Of a stretch of DNA of 64,000 nt, positions 47,977 through 57,474 are shown piece by piece. The translations under genes were made by a program, and so were the position numbers. Every line of letters starts with the position of its first letter. Within the stretch, counting starts at the first letter, position 1. Where the stretch lies: the NCBI RefSeq assembly GCF_035710885.1, contig NZ_DASTCS010000038.1:14273-78272 (forward strand), written 5' to 3'. Source of the DNA: Gaiella sp. GTDB taxonomy: Bacteria > Actinomycetota > Thermoleophilia > Gaiellales > Gaiellaceae. The notes under the pieces are model-generated. The model was not told the DNA's origin and ran no database searches. It saw only the letters and a list, made by a program, of their open reading frames with translations.

Positions 47977-47983
47977 GTCGAGG

Positions 47984-48070
47984 TGCCGGGGCTGGGAGTC
48001 GAACCCAGATGTCCCGTACGGGACAGCCGGTTTTAAGCCGGCCGCGTCTGACCAGTTCCGCCACCCCGGC
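47984..48070 (-). tRNA. tRNA-Leu (anticodon UAA), type II with long variable arm
   Basis: Minus strand: GCCGGGGTGGCGGAACTGGTCAGACGCGGCCGGCTTAAAACCGGCTGTCCCGTACGGGACATCTGGGTTCGACTCCCAGCCCCGGCA. Anticodon loop CTTAAAA, variable-arm stem GTCCC/GGGAC, T-arm CTGGG-TTCGACT-CCCAG. Confidence 0.9.
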
Positions 48071-48199
48071 AGGGATTCACGCCGAGGCTAGATGATCGAT
48101 GCCACGAGCTCGCGCGTTCGGCTGCGCGATCTGGCGCGTCCGGGCCGCTTCCAGAGCGGCCGGCCCACGCCCCGACACGGACGATCTCCTGGCATCGAT

Positions 48200-48856
48200 C
48201 TAGCTACGGCCGGGCAGGAGCGCGTCCGGCGGGAAGCGCTCGGGGCCCTTGAACTGGTACGCGTCGAAGAAGGCGCTGAAGGCCGCCTCGTCGAAGGACG
48301 GGCATTTCGCGAGGTACGCCGTCCCTTCGGAAGGATCGTCGCCCGTGACCCACGCGCCGAGCGAGATCTGGTCTCCGAGGTCCGGATACGGCGCCAGGAC
48401 CGTCCCGCGGGGATGGCCCTGTGCGAACTGCCGCAGCGCCGCGACCGTTTCCTGCGGCACGTCCTCGCCGTACTGCACCGCGATCGCCCCGTGCTCGAGG
48501 TTGTGGACGAGCTGCGCCTGGTTGACCGGCTCGTCGTACAGGCCGTAGACGACCGGGGTCGGGTAGTGCGGGCCGCTCGTGGGAGGAGTCGTGTCCCACG
48601 CCTTCGACGTGCCCGACGGGCTCGTGACGGAGTGGTTGCCCTCGAGGGCGGGAGTCGCCGTCAGAGCGCACCCGGCGTCCTCGAGGGCGGCCCGGGCGTC
48701 CCCCGAGTCCCCGCCGCCTCCGAGCGTGAAGGCAAGCGCCACGGCCACGAGGGCGATCGCGGCGGCCCCTCCGGCTCCGAGCAGAAGCAGGCGGCTGCGA
48801 TCGTCTTTCTTGGCAGGGGGCCTGGGCTTCCCGTGCGGACGCGGCTTCGGCGGCAT
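48200..48856 (-). CDS. DUF3105-like membrane-anchored protein
   Basis: 218 aa. Basic N-terminus, one TM (LLLLGAGGAAAIALVAVALAF), then PPTSGPHY...LVHNLEHGAIAVQYG, which I recall as typical of DUF3105 proteins. Confidence 0.7.
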   Translation of the reverse strand: MPPKPRPHGKPRPPAKKDDRSRLLLLGAGGAAAIALVAVALAFTLGGGGDSGDARAALEDAGCALTATPALEGNHSVTSPSGTSKAWDTTPPTSGPHYPTPVVYGLYDEPVNQAQLVHNLEHGAIAVQYGEDVPQETVAALRQFAQGHPRGTVLAPYPDLGDQISLGAWVTGDDPSEGTAYLAKCPSFDEAAFSAFFDAYQFKGPERFPPDALLPGRS

Positions 48857-50135
48857 GGAGCGGAAGGATAGCGACGGGCCTTGGCGGATCCGTCCGGCCC
48901 GGGCGCTACGGTCCGGTGCCCTCGTGACGATCGTCGCTCTCCTCATCGGCCTCCTCGTCGGCGCCAGTGGCGTCCTGTTCCTCCTGCGCTCCGCGCTCGC
49001 CGAACGGCGTGCGCGTGGAGAGCGCGTGCTGGAGCTGGAGCGCGAGCTCGCGGGCGCCGGCGCGCGCCTCGAGGCAGCCGAGCGGTCTTTCGACGTGAGC
49101 CTCGCCGAGGCCGTGCGGGCGGCGTCGGCGGAGGCGTTCCGCGACAGCGGCACCCGGTACCTCGATGCGGCGCGCGGTCAGCTGGAGAGCACCGTCGCTC
49201 CTCTCAAGCAGTCGCTCCATGACGTGGGAATGCGCGTGCAGGAGCTCGACCGGGCGCGAGAGCAGGCGTACGGGGCCCTGCGCCAGCAGGTGTCCCTGCT
49301 CAGCGAGCGAACAGGCAACCTCGCGAACGCGCTCCGCTCTCCGTCCGTACGCGGCCGCTGGGGCGAGACGCAGCTCCGGAACGTCGTCGAGCTCGCCGGG
49401 ATGCTCGAGCACTGCGATTTCGTCGCCCAGGCATCCACTCGGGACGCAGAGGGGGATCTCCTTCGTCCGGACCTCGTCGTCCGCATCCCCGGCGGCAAGC
49501 AGGTCGTCGTGGACGCGAAGGTGCCACTCGCCGCGTACCTCGAGGCGTTCGAGACGAGCGACGAGGACGAGCGGGCCGCGCGACTGGCCGCCCACGCCCG
49601 GCAGGTTCGCGATCACGCGACGAAGCTCGCGGCGAAGGCGTACTGGCGGCAGTTCGCGCCTGCGCCGGACTTCGTGGTCATGTTCGTCCCGGACGAGACG
49701 CTGCTCCGCGTCGCGCACGAGCACGATCGGCGACTGGGCGAGGATGCGTGGGCGCAGGGCGTCGTGCTGGCCTCGCCGAGCACGCTGATGACGCTGCTCC
49801 GCACCGTCGCCGCCGTCTGGCAGCAGGAGACGGTCGCTCGGAGCGCACAGGCGGTGCACGAGCTCGGCGCCGAGCTCCACAAGCGCCTCGGAACCTTCGC
49901 AGGCCACCTCGCGAAGGTGGGGCGCTCGCTCGACGGCGCGGTCGGCGCCTACAACGAGGCGGTCGGCTCGTTCGAGTCGCGCGTGCTCGTCCAGGCTCGC
50001 CGGCTGGAGGAGCACGGCGTCACCGGCGAGGTCGAGTCGCCGGCGCAGATCGAGCGGCAGGCGCGCTCTGTCGGCGCCGGAGAGCCGGACGAAGCAGCAG
50101 TCCTCGAGCTGCCGCGCGACGCGCACGCGGCATGA
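48855..50135 (+). CDS. rmuC: DNA recombination protein RmuC
   Basis: 426 aa. N-terminal TM, long coiled coil, then RmuC-type nuclease-like region (RGRWGETQLRNVVELAGM...DFVVMFVPDE). Start uncertain; ATG 48855 would overlap the divergent DUF3105 start codon. Confidence 0.8.
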   Translation: MERKDSDGPWRIRPARALRSGALVTIVALLIGLLVGASGVLFLLRSALAERRARGERVLELERELAGAGARLEAAERSFDVSLAEAVRAASAEAFRDSGTRYLDAARGQLESTVAPLKQSLHDVGMRVQELDRAREQAYGALRQQVSLLSERTGNLANALRSPSVRGRWGETQLRNVVELAGMLEHCDFVAQASTRDAEGDLLRPDLVVRIPGGKQVVVDAKVPLAAYLEAFETSDEDERAARLAAHARQVRDHATKLAAKAYWRQFAPAPDFVVMFVPDETLLRVAHEHDRRLGEDAWAQGVVLASPSTLMTLLRTVAAVWQQETVARSAQAVHELGAELHKRLGTFAGHLAKVGRSLDGAVGAYNEAVGSFESRVLVQARRLEEHGVTGEVESPAQIERQARSVGAGEPDEAAVLELPRDAHAA

Positions 50136-50223
50136 CGACCACGGGCGGGGCTGGAACATGCGGGCGCTCCGCAGCGTTTCCTAGAGTGAGGGGTATCAAC
50201 GACCTGGGGAGCACTGTCGGACC

Positions 50224-51189
50224 GTGAACGACGTCCGCAACGTGATCGTGATCGGCGGCGGGCCCGCCGGCTATACGGCCGCGCTCTACGCAGCGCGCGC
50301 GAACCTCGAGCCGCTCGTGATCGAGGGGTTCAACTGGGGTGGCCAGCTGATGATCACCTCGGATGTCGAGAACTACCCGGGCTACGCCGACGGCGTCCTC
50401 GGGCCGGCGATGATGCAGGACTTCCGACGGCAGGCAGAGCGGTTCGGCACGACGTTCGTCACGGACGACGTCACGCGCGTCGACTTCTCGCAGCGGCCCT
50501 TCCGCGTCTGGGTCGGCGACGACGAGTACCGTGCCGAGTCGGTGATCGTCGCGACCGGCGCGACCGCGCGCCAGCTCGGGATCGAGTCCGAGCGGCTGCT
50601 GCAGGGCCGCGGTGTCTCCTACTGCGCGACGTGCGACGCGGCGTTCTTCCGCGACAAGGTCGTAGTGGTCGTCGGCGGCGGCGACTCCGCGATGGAGGAG
50701 GCGCTGTTCATCTCCCGGTTCGCGAGCAGGGTCGTCGTCGTCCATCGGCGCGAGGAGTTCCGCGCCTCGCCGATCATGGTCGACCGCGCACGGTCGAACG
50801 AGAAGATCGAGTTCGTGCTGAACAAGGTGGTCGAGGAGGTGCTCGGCGACGACAAGGTCACCGGTGTGCGCGTCAAGGACACCGTGACGGGCGAGGAGAG
50901 CGAGATCGACGCCGACGGCGTGTTCGTCGCGATCGGCCACGACCCGAACACCGCGCTGTTCCTCGACCAGCTCGACCACGAGCCCGACACCGGCTACCTC
51001 CTGACCCGGGGGAAGTCGACCGAGACGAACATCCCGGGCGTGTTCGCTGCGGGCGACGTCCAGGATCACGTGTATCGCCAGGCGGTCACCGCCGCCGGTT
51101 CCGGGTGCGCGGCCGCGCTCGACGCCGAGCGCTGGCTCAGCGAGCAGCGGCACGCTGCGCTGCGCACGCCGGTCGCCGCGTCCTCGTAG
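50224..51189 (+). CDS. trxB: Thioredoxin-disulfide reductase
   Basis: 321 aa, GTG start. VIGGGPAGYTAALYAAR (FAD), redox-active CATCDA, VVGGGDSAMEEA (NADPH), GVFAAGDV. Confidence 0.95.
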   Translation: MNDVRNVIVIGGGPAGYTAALYAARANLEPLVIEGFNWGGQLMITSDVENYPGYADGVLGPAMMQDFRRQAERFGTTFVTDDVTRVDFSQRPFRVWVGDDEYRAESVIVATGATARQLGIESERLLQGRGVSYCATCDAAFFRDKVVVVVGGGDSAMEEALFISRFASRVVVVHRREEFRASPIMVDRARSNEKIEFVLNKVVEEVLGDDKVTGVRVKDTVTGEESEIDADGVFVAIGHDPNTALFLDQLDHEPDTGYLLTRGKSTETNIPGVFAAGDVQDHVYRQAVTAAGSGCAAALDAERWLSEQRHAALRTPVAASS

Positions 51190-51232
51190 GCACCGTTGGT
51201 ACCGGCCGACTGCGCCGCTACCCTCGGCGTGG

Positions 51233-52618
51233 GTGAGCGCTCCGGCCCACACCCCGTCCCCCGCGGGTGAGCGGATCGCCGTGGAGGCACGTGCTCTCGC
51301 CGTGCTCGACCGTGCGCTGCCGTTCCTCGGCCCTGGCCTCGCGCTCCTGCTCGGGCTGGTCGCGCTCGGCCACCGGTCGCTCGACATCGACGAGGCCGCG
51401 GCTGTCGGCGCCGCAGAAGGCTCCTTCGCCGATGTGCTCGAGCGGGCGTTGTCCGACGATCCTGCACGGGCCGGGTACCTCGCGCTGCTCCAACCGGTCT
51501 CGGCGTGGAACGACGCCGAGATCTGGGTTCGGCTTCCGTCGGTCGTCGCCGCCGTGGTGGCGGCGATCGCCGCGTACCGCCTCGGACGGCGTCTTGCCGG
51601 CAGGCACGCCGGCGCAGCGGCGTCGCTGATCCTCGCCTCGAGCGTCGGCGTCGTCTCGCTGTCACGCTCGGTCGGCCCTCTCTCCCTCGCCCTGGCTGCG
51701 ATGCTCGTCTCCAGCGCCCTGTTCGCGAGGGCCGTCGACCGGGGCAACACGCTCTGGTGGGTGGTCTATGCCCTGAGCGCCGTGGCGCTGCCACTGACCC
51801 ATCCGATCGCCGCGAGCGCACTGGCGGCCCAGGTGGCGGCACTCGTCGTTGCGCGGCGCGAGGTCGACCTGCGGCTCGCAGTGCCCGCGATCGGCGTGGC
51901 GGTGCTCGAAAGCGCGTTCTTCCTCACCGCGGCCGTTCTCGACCGGGCCGATGCGGGCGACGGCGCCGGGCCGCTGGAGCTCACCGACGTGGCGTTCGGG
52001 GCCGGGCGCGCGCTCGGCTGGAGCCCGGTCGTCGCGGCACTCGCCGTGTGGGGCATGATCACGCTGCACCGGCAATCCACCGCGGGAGAAGGCCGCTGGA
52101 AGGCCGCGCTGGTCGCCGGTCTTGCCGCATTCCCCCTGCTCGCCGTCCTCGTCGCGGGGATTGCGCTGCCCGTCTTCCCCCGCACGGCCCTCACGGTCGC
52201 GGCGGGCGGAGTCGCGCTCGGCGCGGGCGTCGGGCTCGTCGCGATACCCGATCGCGGGCTCAGGCTCGCCAGCCTGGCCGCCGTCGCCGCCGTCGCCGTC
52301 GCTGCGCTCGCGACCGCCGCGACCGAGGACGCGGACCAGGACTGGCGCGCGGCCGCACGGCTCGTGCGCGAGCAGACGACGGCGCGCGACACCGTCGTCG
52401 TCCTGCCGCAGCGCGCGCGTCCGGCGTTCGAGTACTACGCATCGGGCATCCGGCCGAGCACGGTCGGGCGCGGCGAGGCGGTCACCGTCGTGATCGCCGG
52501 CGACCCCTCGCTCGCGGTCGCCACCGCGCGTCACGTCGTCGCTCCGCCCCGTTTCGCGCTCCTCTCCGAGGAGAGCGCAGGCACGAGGCTCGGGGTGCAG
52601 CGGTGGGTCCGTCCCTGA
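51233..52618 (+). CDS. Polytopic membrane protein, glycosyltransferase family 39 / PMT_2-like (tentative)
   Basis: 461 aa, at least 9 TM segments followed by a ~100-aa soluble C-terminus. SLDIDEAAAVGAA near the first loop resembles the Asp-containing loop of GT-C enzymes. Confidence 0.5.
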   Translation: MSAPAHTPSPAGERIAVEARALAVLDRALPFLGPGLALLLGLVALGHRSLDIDEAAAVGAAEGSFADVLERALSDDPARAGYLALLQPVSAWNDAEIWVRLPSVVAAVVAAIAAYRLGRRLAGRHAGAAASLILASSVGVVSLSRSVGPLSLALAAMLVSSALFARAVDRGNTLWWVVYALSAVALPLTHPIAASALAAQVAALVVARREVDLRLAVPAIGVAVLESAFFLTAAVLDRADAGDGAGPLELTDVAFGAGRALGWSPVVAALAVWGMITLHRQSTAGEGRWKAALVAGLAAFPLLAVLVAGIALPVFPRTALTVAAGGVALGAGVGLVAIPDRGLRLASLAAVAAVAVAALATAATEDADQDWRAAARLVREQTTARDTVVVLPQRARPAFEYYASGIRPSTVGRGEAVTVVIAGDPSLAVATARHVVAPPRFALLSEESAGTRLGVQRWVRP

Positions 52619-52630
52619 CGGGTCCTCCCG

Positions 52631-53356
52631 TCAACGACGACCCGGCGTTCCCTGCGCCCCGCGAGCAAGCGGATCGAGACCGGCCGCCACGCGCGCAGAG
52701 GGGCACAGATCGACCAGCACGCACTCCTCGCAGCGCGGCCGTCTCGCGTCGCATACCCGCCGTCCATGCCAGATCAGCAGGTGCGGAAACCGAGCCCAGT
52801 CCGGGCGAGGGACGATGTGCTGCAGGTCGCGCTCGATCTTCACCGGATCCTCGTTGCGCGTCAGCCCCAGCCGCTGGGAGAGCCGGCGGACGTGGGTGTC
52901 GACGACGATCCCCTGCGCATGGCCCAGCTCGGCGGCGACCACGTTCGCGGTCTTGCGCGCGACTCCCGGAAGCCGCGTCAGATCCTCGAGGCGACGAGGC
53001 ACCTCGCCGTCGAACTCCTCCAGGAGAACGCGCATCGCCCCCCGGATCGCCCTGGCCTTCTGCCGGTAGAACCCGGTCGCGTAGATGTCCCGCTCGAGCT
53101 CCTCGACGGGAACCGCGAGGTAGTCCTCGGGGCGCCGGTACTTTCGGAACAGGTGCTCCGTGACGCGGTTGACGTTCACGTCGGTGGTCTGGGCGGACAG
53201 CATCACCGAGACCAGGAGGTCGATGTCGCTCTCGAACCTGAGCGCGATCGTGGCGTCTGCGTGCTCGGCGGCGAGCCGCCCGACGATCGGGCGAATCCGT
53301 TCTCGTCGCGATCCGAGGCCGCGGCGCCGTGCCTCGCCGACGTAGCTACGCGCCAC
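52631..53356 (-). CDS. nth: Endonuclease III
   Basis: 241 aa from GTG 53356. LVSVMLSAQTTD, HhH-GPD LPGVARKTANVV...VDTHV, Fe-S motif CDARRPRCEECVLVDLC (C-x6-C-x2-C-x5-C). Overlaps the upstream gene by 11 nt. Confidence 0.9.
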   Translation of the reverse strand: MARSYVGEARRRGLGSRRERIRPIVGRLAAEHADATIALRFESDIDLLVSVMLSAQTTDVNVNRVTEHLFRKYRRPEDYLAVPVEELERDIYATGFYRQKARAIRGAMRVLLEEFDGEVPRRLEDLTRLPGVARKTANVVAAELGHAQGIVVDTHVRRLSQRLGLTRNEDPVKIERDLQHIVPRPDWARFPHLLIWHGRRVCDARRPRCEECVLVDLCPSARVAAGLDPLARGAQGTPGRR

Positions 53357-54077
53357 GGCGCCGGCCCTCGAAGATCGCCGTCGCCTCCTCGGCGGCGACC
53401 TCGCTCCGCACGACGCCGCCGTACCAGTCGTCGAGCGCGGGGAATCCCGTGCCCGCGAGCGCGGTGAGGGCAGCCTCCGCGTCGTAGTGCGTGGAGACGT
53501 GCGCCACGCCACCGTCTCCGAGAAGGGCCCATCGGGCGTCGGGCGAGCCCTCGTACGGCATCCCCACGCTGCCGGCGTTGACGAGCCGGATGCCTCCGAC
53601 GCGTCTGTCGAACTGCACGTGTGTGTGACCGCAGACGACGACGTCGGCAGGTGTCCCGGCGAGCACGGCCGCCACATCCTGATCGGGCGTCGCCGCCGTG
53701 AGGATGTCGGTGTCGGACGACGGTGTTGCGTGGCAGAAGAGCACTCGGCCGAGGTCGAGCTCGAGCTCGACCGTCGCCGGCCACCGCGCCACCCGCTCGA
53801 GCCGCTCGGGGCCGAGGCGGGCGGCTGCCCAGAGGCCGATCTCGCGGAGGGGCCCCTCGTCCGGCGGAGAGACGGTCTCGCGGTCGCCGTTCCCGCTGAG
53901 GAAGCGCACGCGCTCGCCCTCCGCCTCGAGGCGCTCGAGGCACTCCGCGGGGAGCGGCCCGGCGACGAGGTCGCCGCCACAGACGATCAGGTCGGCGCTC
54001 GCACATCGCGGGTCGACCAGCACCGCCTCGAGCGCCGGCAGGATCCCGTGGACGTCGTAGAGCGCGGCGACCCGCAT
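53346..54077 (-). CDS. Metallophosphoesterase family protein (YfcE/MJ0936-like)
   Basis: 243 aa. Motifs DVHG, GGDLV, GNGD and CGHTH in canonical order. Confidence 0.8.
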   Translation of the reverse strand: MRVAALYDVHGILPALEAVLVDPRCASADLIVCGGDLVAGPLPAECLERLEAEGERVRFLSGNGDRETVSPPDEGPLREIGLWAAARLGPERLERVARWPATVELELDLGRVLFCHATPSSDTDILTAATPDQDVAAVLAGTPADVVVCGHTHVQFDRRVGGIRLVNAGSVGMPYEGSPDARWALLGDGGVAHVSTHYDAEAALTALAGTGFPALDDWYGGVVRSEVAAEEATAIFEGRRRGA

Positions 54078-54087
54078 GGCCAGGACG

Positions 54088-57000
54088 CTATCCGGCGGCG
54101 GTCAGCTCCGGTGCGGCTGCGCCGTCGTGGGCGCCGCCGAGCGCAGGGCCGGCGCAGACGCGATCGAGCGCCGGGCAGCCGGAGCAGGCGAACGGGCTCG
54201 GCGTCGGCCGGAAGTCGCCCTCACGAATGCGACCGACGGCCTCTCCGAGCTCGCGCTCGAGGGCGTCGACGTCGGCGCGCGTGTAGGTCGACGAGACGAC
54301 GGCTTCCGGAGACTCGAGGAACTGGTACACGACCTCGACCTCGTCGCAGCCCGCACGGAAGCATGCGAGCGCGTAGACGATCATCTGCGACCTGTACTCG
54401 GCGTCGACGATCTCGGCGGGCACGCGGCCCTCGAGGCCGTTCGTCTTGTAGTCGAGGACGAGTGCCTGCGCGCCCGAGCGCCAGAGCACGTCCAACCGGC
54501 CGTTCAACAGCACACCGTCGAGCTCGAAGGCGAAGGGCCTCTCGACCCGGACCCCGTCGAGCGCTGCGATCCGTCGCGCGAGCGTCGAGCCGCAGTACGC
54601 CTGCACGTGACGGGCGACGTGCTCGAGCTCCGCCGCGCTGATCGTCGGATACCACGCGCGGAGGAGATCCCCGAGGTCATCCGGCGGCCGCGGGTCGGCG
54701 AGGTCGACCCGCTCGAGCAGACGATGGACCGCGTCTCCGATCTCGGTCGGGTGCAGGGCAGCACCGTTGCCGCCGCCGTCGCCCCCCCAAGCGACCGGCC
54801 GCATGCCGGCCACCCGCTCGGCGTAGTAGCGGTACGAGCAGCGCTCGAAGAGGGAGAGCGCGCTGTACGACAGACGCGTCACGCGGTGCAGCGGCGGGTC
54901 CGGCACCACGGTCAGCTCCCGTAGCCGCGGAGCGCGGGGCGGCAATGCCTCGCCCGAGCCCTCGAACAGCGCAAGCTGACCCGTCTCCGTCGCCACCGGC
55001 TGCTCGGGACCGGAGTCGCCGACCGGGGTCGGATCGGGCTGCCCGCGGTCGACCCGCAGGACGACGGTCGCGGCGCCCCGCTCGACCTCCACGGGCCCGT
55101 TCGGCGACTCGTTCCGTGCCTCGTCCTCGAGGGCGAGCCGGTTCAGCACCCAGCCGATAGGCGTCTCCTCGCCCGCCTCGCCGGGGGCGCCGACCGAGCC
55201 CGACACGATCAGCCGCTCCATGGCACGCGTCATCGCGACGTAGTAGAGGCGCAAACGCTCCGCCTGCTCCGCGCGGTCGCGATGCTCCTTCACGTGCTGG
55301 TAGGACGCAGTGCTCACGCGGGTTCCGGTCGCCGGATGGGCCACCTTGAACCCGAACCGGCCGTCCGAGAGCGCGAGGATGTCGGAGACCGGCGGCCGGC
55401 TGCGCCCCGCGTCGGCGACGACCACCACCTTGAACTCGAGCCCCTTGGCCCCGTGGATCGTGAGCAGGCGGACCGCGTCCGAGCCCTCTTCCTCCGAGAC
55501 GGCCTCGGACTCCTTCGCGCCGACGGCCTCCTGACCCTCGACGAAGCGCACGAAGCCCTCGAGGTCCGCGCCGCGCAGCTCCTCGTAGGAGCGCGCGAGG
55601 CGTGCGAGCTTGCGCAGGTTGGCGTAGCGGCGGCGGCCGTCGGGCCGGGCCAGGACCGCGAGGTCGTAGTCGTGCTCGGCGAGGATCCGCTCGCACAGCA
55701 GCTCGAGCGGCACGTGGGACGAGAGGTCGAGCAGACGCTCGTAGCGCTGCCTGAACGCCATCACCAGCCGGCGATCACCCTCCGGGAGATCGTCGGGCAG
55801 CGACCGTTCGAGGCCCCGGAAGATGGGCTGTCGCTGCGCCTCCGCCCGGATCAGCACGAGCGCGTCGTTCGAGACGCCGACGAACGGCGATGCGAGCACC
55901 GTGAGGAGCGCCTCGTCGTCGTAGCGGTTGTGGAGTAGCCGAAGGTACGCGAGGAGGTCGACCACCTGCTGCTGGCCGAAGTAGCTCCGACCGGCCGCGC
56001 GGTAGGTCGGCAGGCCGACGGCCCGCAGCTCGTCCTCGAACCACTCGGCGTCCGTCCCGGCGGCGAAGAGGACCACGACCTCACCCGGGGTCGCGTCACC
56101 GGCGTCGACCAGCTCCCGCACCCGTCGCGCGACATGCCGCGCCTCCGAGCGACGCCAGTGCACGCCGGCCGCGGACGCCGAGGCCTTGTCGGTGACGAGC
56201 AGCTCGAACGCGTTCCGCAACGACGCGGCACCCGCGCCGTCGGCGGGCTCGAGCCGCTGGAACTCGTCGCCGAACTCGGAGGCGAAGAGCTCGTTCACGG
56301 CTGCCAGGAGCTCGGGCCGCGATCGATGGTTCAGCGTCAGCGGCAACACGGTGGGGGCGGCCGCGCGCCGCTCGCGGAAGACCGCGACGTCGGCGTGCCG
56401 GAAGCCGTAGATCGACTGGAACTCGTCTCCGACCACGAAGAGGTCGGTCGACGTCCCGGAGCAGAGAAGGTCGAGCAGCTCGGTCTGGAGCCGGTTCGTG
56501 TCCTGGAACTCGTCCACCATGATCGAGCGGAACCTCTGCCGCTCGCGCTCGCGGACGGCCGGGTCGTCGCGCAGGAGGTCTCGCGCGCGCAGCTGGAGAT
56601 CCTCGAAGTCGAGCGCGGACTCGCGGTCCTTGGCTTCGGCGTACACGGCTCCGAAAGTGGTCAGGAGCTCCTGGAGAAGGTCGCGGTCGCGGGCAGCGAG
56701 GTCCTCCAGCGACGCCGCGACCACCGCGTCCCGCGCCTCGGTGAAGGCGGCCGCGCGTGGGCCTCGCGCCTTCATCTCGGAGAGCGCGAGGAGCCGCTCC
56801 GGGAGAACCGATGCCTCGATCAGCTCGAGGGCGGCCGAGGCCGCTCCGCGCTGAGTCTCGGTCGCCTGCCGGTCGTCGAGCAGGCACACCGCCGCCTCGC
56901 GCAGCGCGTGGACGCGCGGCTCGAGCTGGGCACGTGCCCCGGGCTCGAGCACGAGCTCACGGCCCGCGGAACGGAGCGTGGCGTAGACGTCGACGAGCAT

Positions 57001-57474
57001 TTGGCGGAGCCCGACCGCGCCGTAGGTGGCCAGGAGCTGCCAGCGGGCGGGCTCGTCGGCGGAGCAGAAGCGCTCGAGCGCGGCGGTGAAGGCCTCCGCC
57101 TGGAGCACGAGCGCCTGCGGCTCGTCGAGCACCCGGAACGCGGGATCGATCCGCGCGGCGAGCGGATAGGCGCCGAGCACCCGGCGGCAGAACCCGTGGA
57201 TCGTCGAGACCCATGCACCGTCCAGCTCGAGGGCGAGGTCCGGGCGTCCCCGCTCGATCAGCTCGGAACGGATCCGCGCCCGAAGCTCTCCGGCCGCCCG
57301 CTCGGTGTACGTGATGACGAGCAGCGAGTCGACGTCGAGGCCGTCCTCGACCACCGCGCGCACGAATCGCTCGACCAGCACGGCCGTCTTGCCGGTCCCG
57401 GCACCCGCCGCCACGAACACGGTCCCGTGCGCGTCCACCGCCGCGCGCTGCTGGTCGTTCGGCACCGCCTTCAC
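54088..57474 (-). CDS. addA: UvrD/PcrA-type helicase fused to a RecB-family nuclease (AddA / AdnB-like subunit)
   Basis: 1128 aa from GTG 57474, which overlaps the upstream stop (GTGA). Walker A AGAGTGKT, ITYTERAAGELRARI, MVDEFQDTN, TIHGAKGLEF, YVAMTRAME. C-terminal PD-(D/E)xK region ending in CSGCPALDRVC. Confidence 0.85.
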   Translation of the reverse strand: MKAVPNDQQRAAVDAHGTVFVAAGAGTGKTAVLVERFVRAVVEDGLDVDSLLVITYTERAAGELRARIRSELIERGRPDLALELDGAWVSTIHGFCRRVLGAYPLAARIDPAFRVLDEPQALVLQAEAFTAALERFCSADEPARWQLLATYGAVGLRQMLVDVYATLRSAGRELVLEPGARAQLEPRVHALREAAVCLLDDRQATETQRGAASAALELIEASVLPERLLALSEMKARGPRAAAFTEARDAVVAASLEDLAARDRDLLQELLTTFGAVYAEAKDRESALDFEDLQLRARDLLRDDPAVRERERQRFRSIMVDEFQDTNRLQTELLDLLCSGTSTDLFVVGDEFQSIYGFRHADVAVFRERRAAAPTVLPLTLNHRSRPELLAAVNELFASEFGDEFQRLEPADGAGAASLRNAFELLVTDKASASAAGVHWRRSEARHVARRVRELVDAGDATPGEVVVLFAAGTDAEWFEDELRAVGLPTYRAAGRSYFGQQQVVDLLAYLRLLHNRYDDEALLTVLASPFVGVSNDALVLIRAEAQRQPIFRGLERSLPDDLPEGDRRLVMAFRQRYERLLDLSSHVPLELLCERILAEHDYDLAVLARPDGRRRYANLRKLARLARSYEELRGADLEGFVRFVEGQEAVGAKESEAVSEEEGSDAVRLLTIHGAKGLEFKVVVVADAGRSRPPVSDILALSDGRFGFKVAHPATGTRVSTASYQHVKEHRDRAEQAERLRLYYVAMTRAMERLIVSGSVGAPGEAGEETPIGWVLNRLALEDEARNESPNGPVEVERGAATVVLRVDRGQPDPTPVGDSGPEQPVATETGQLALFEGSGEALPPRAPRLRELTVVPDPPLHRVTRLSYSALSLFERCSYRYYAERVAGMRPVAWGGDGGGNGAALHPTEIGDAVHRLLERVDLADPRPPDDLGDLLRAWYPTISAAELEHVARHVQAYCGSTLARRIAALDGVRVERPFAFELDGVLLNGRLDVLWRSGAQALVLDYKTNGLEGRVPAEIVDAEYRSQMIVYALACFRAGCDEVEVVYQFLESPEAVVSSTYTRADVDALERELGEAVGRIREGDFRPTPSPFACSGCPALDRVCAGPALGGAHDGAAAPELTAAG

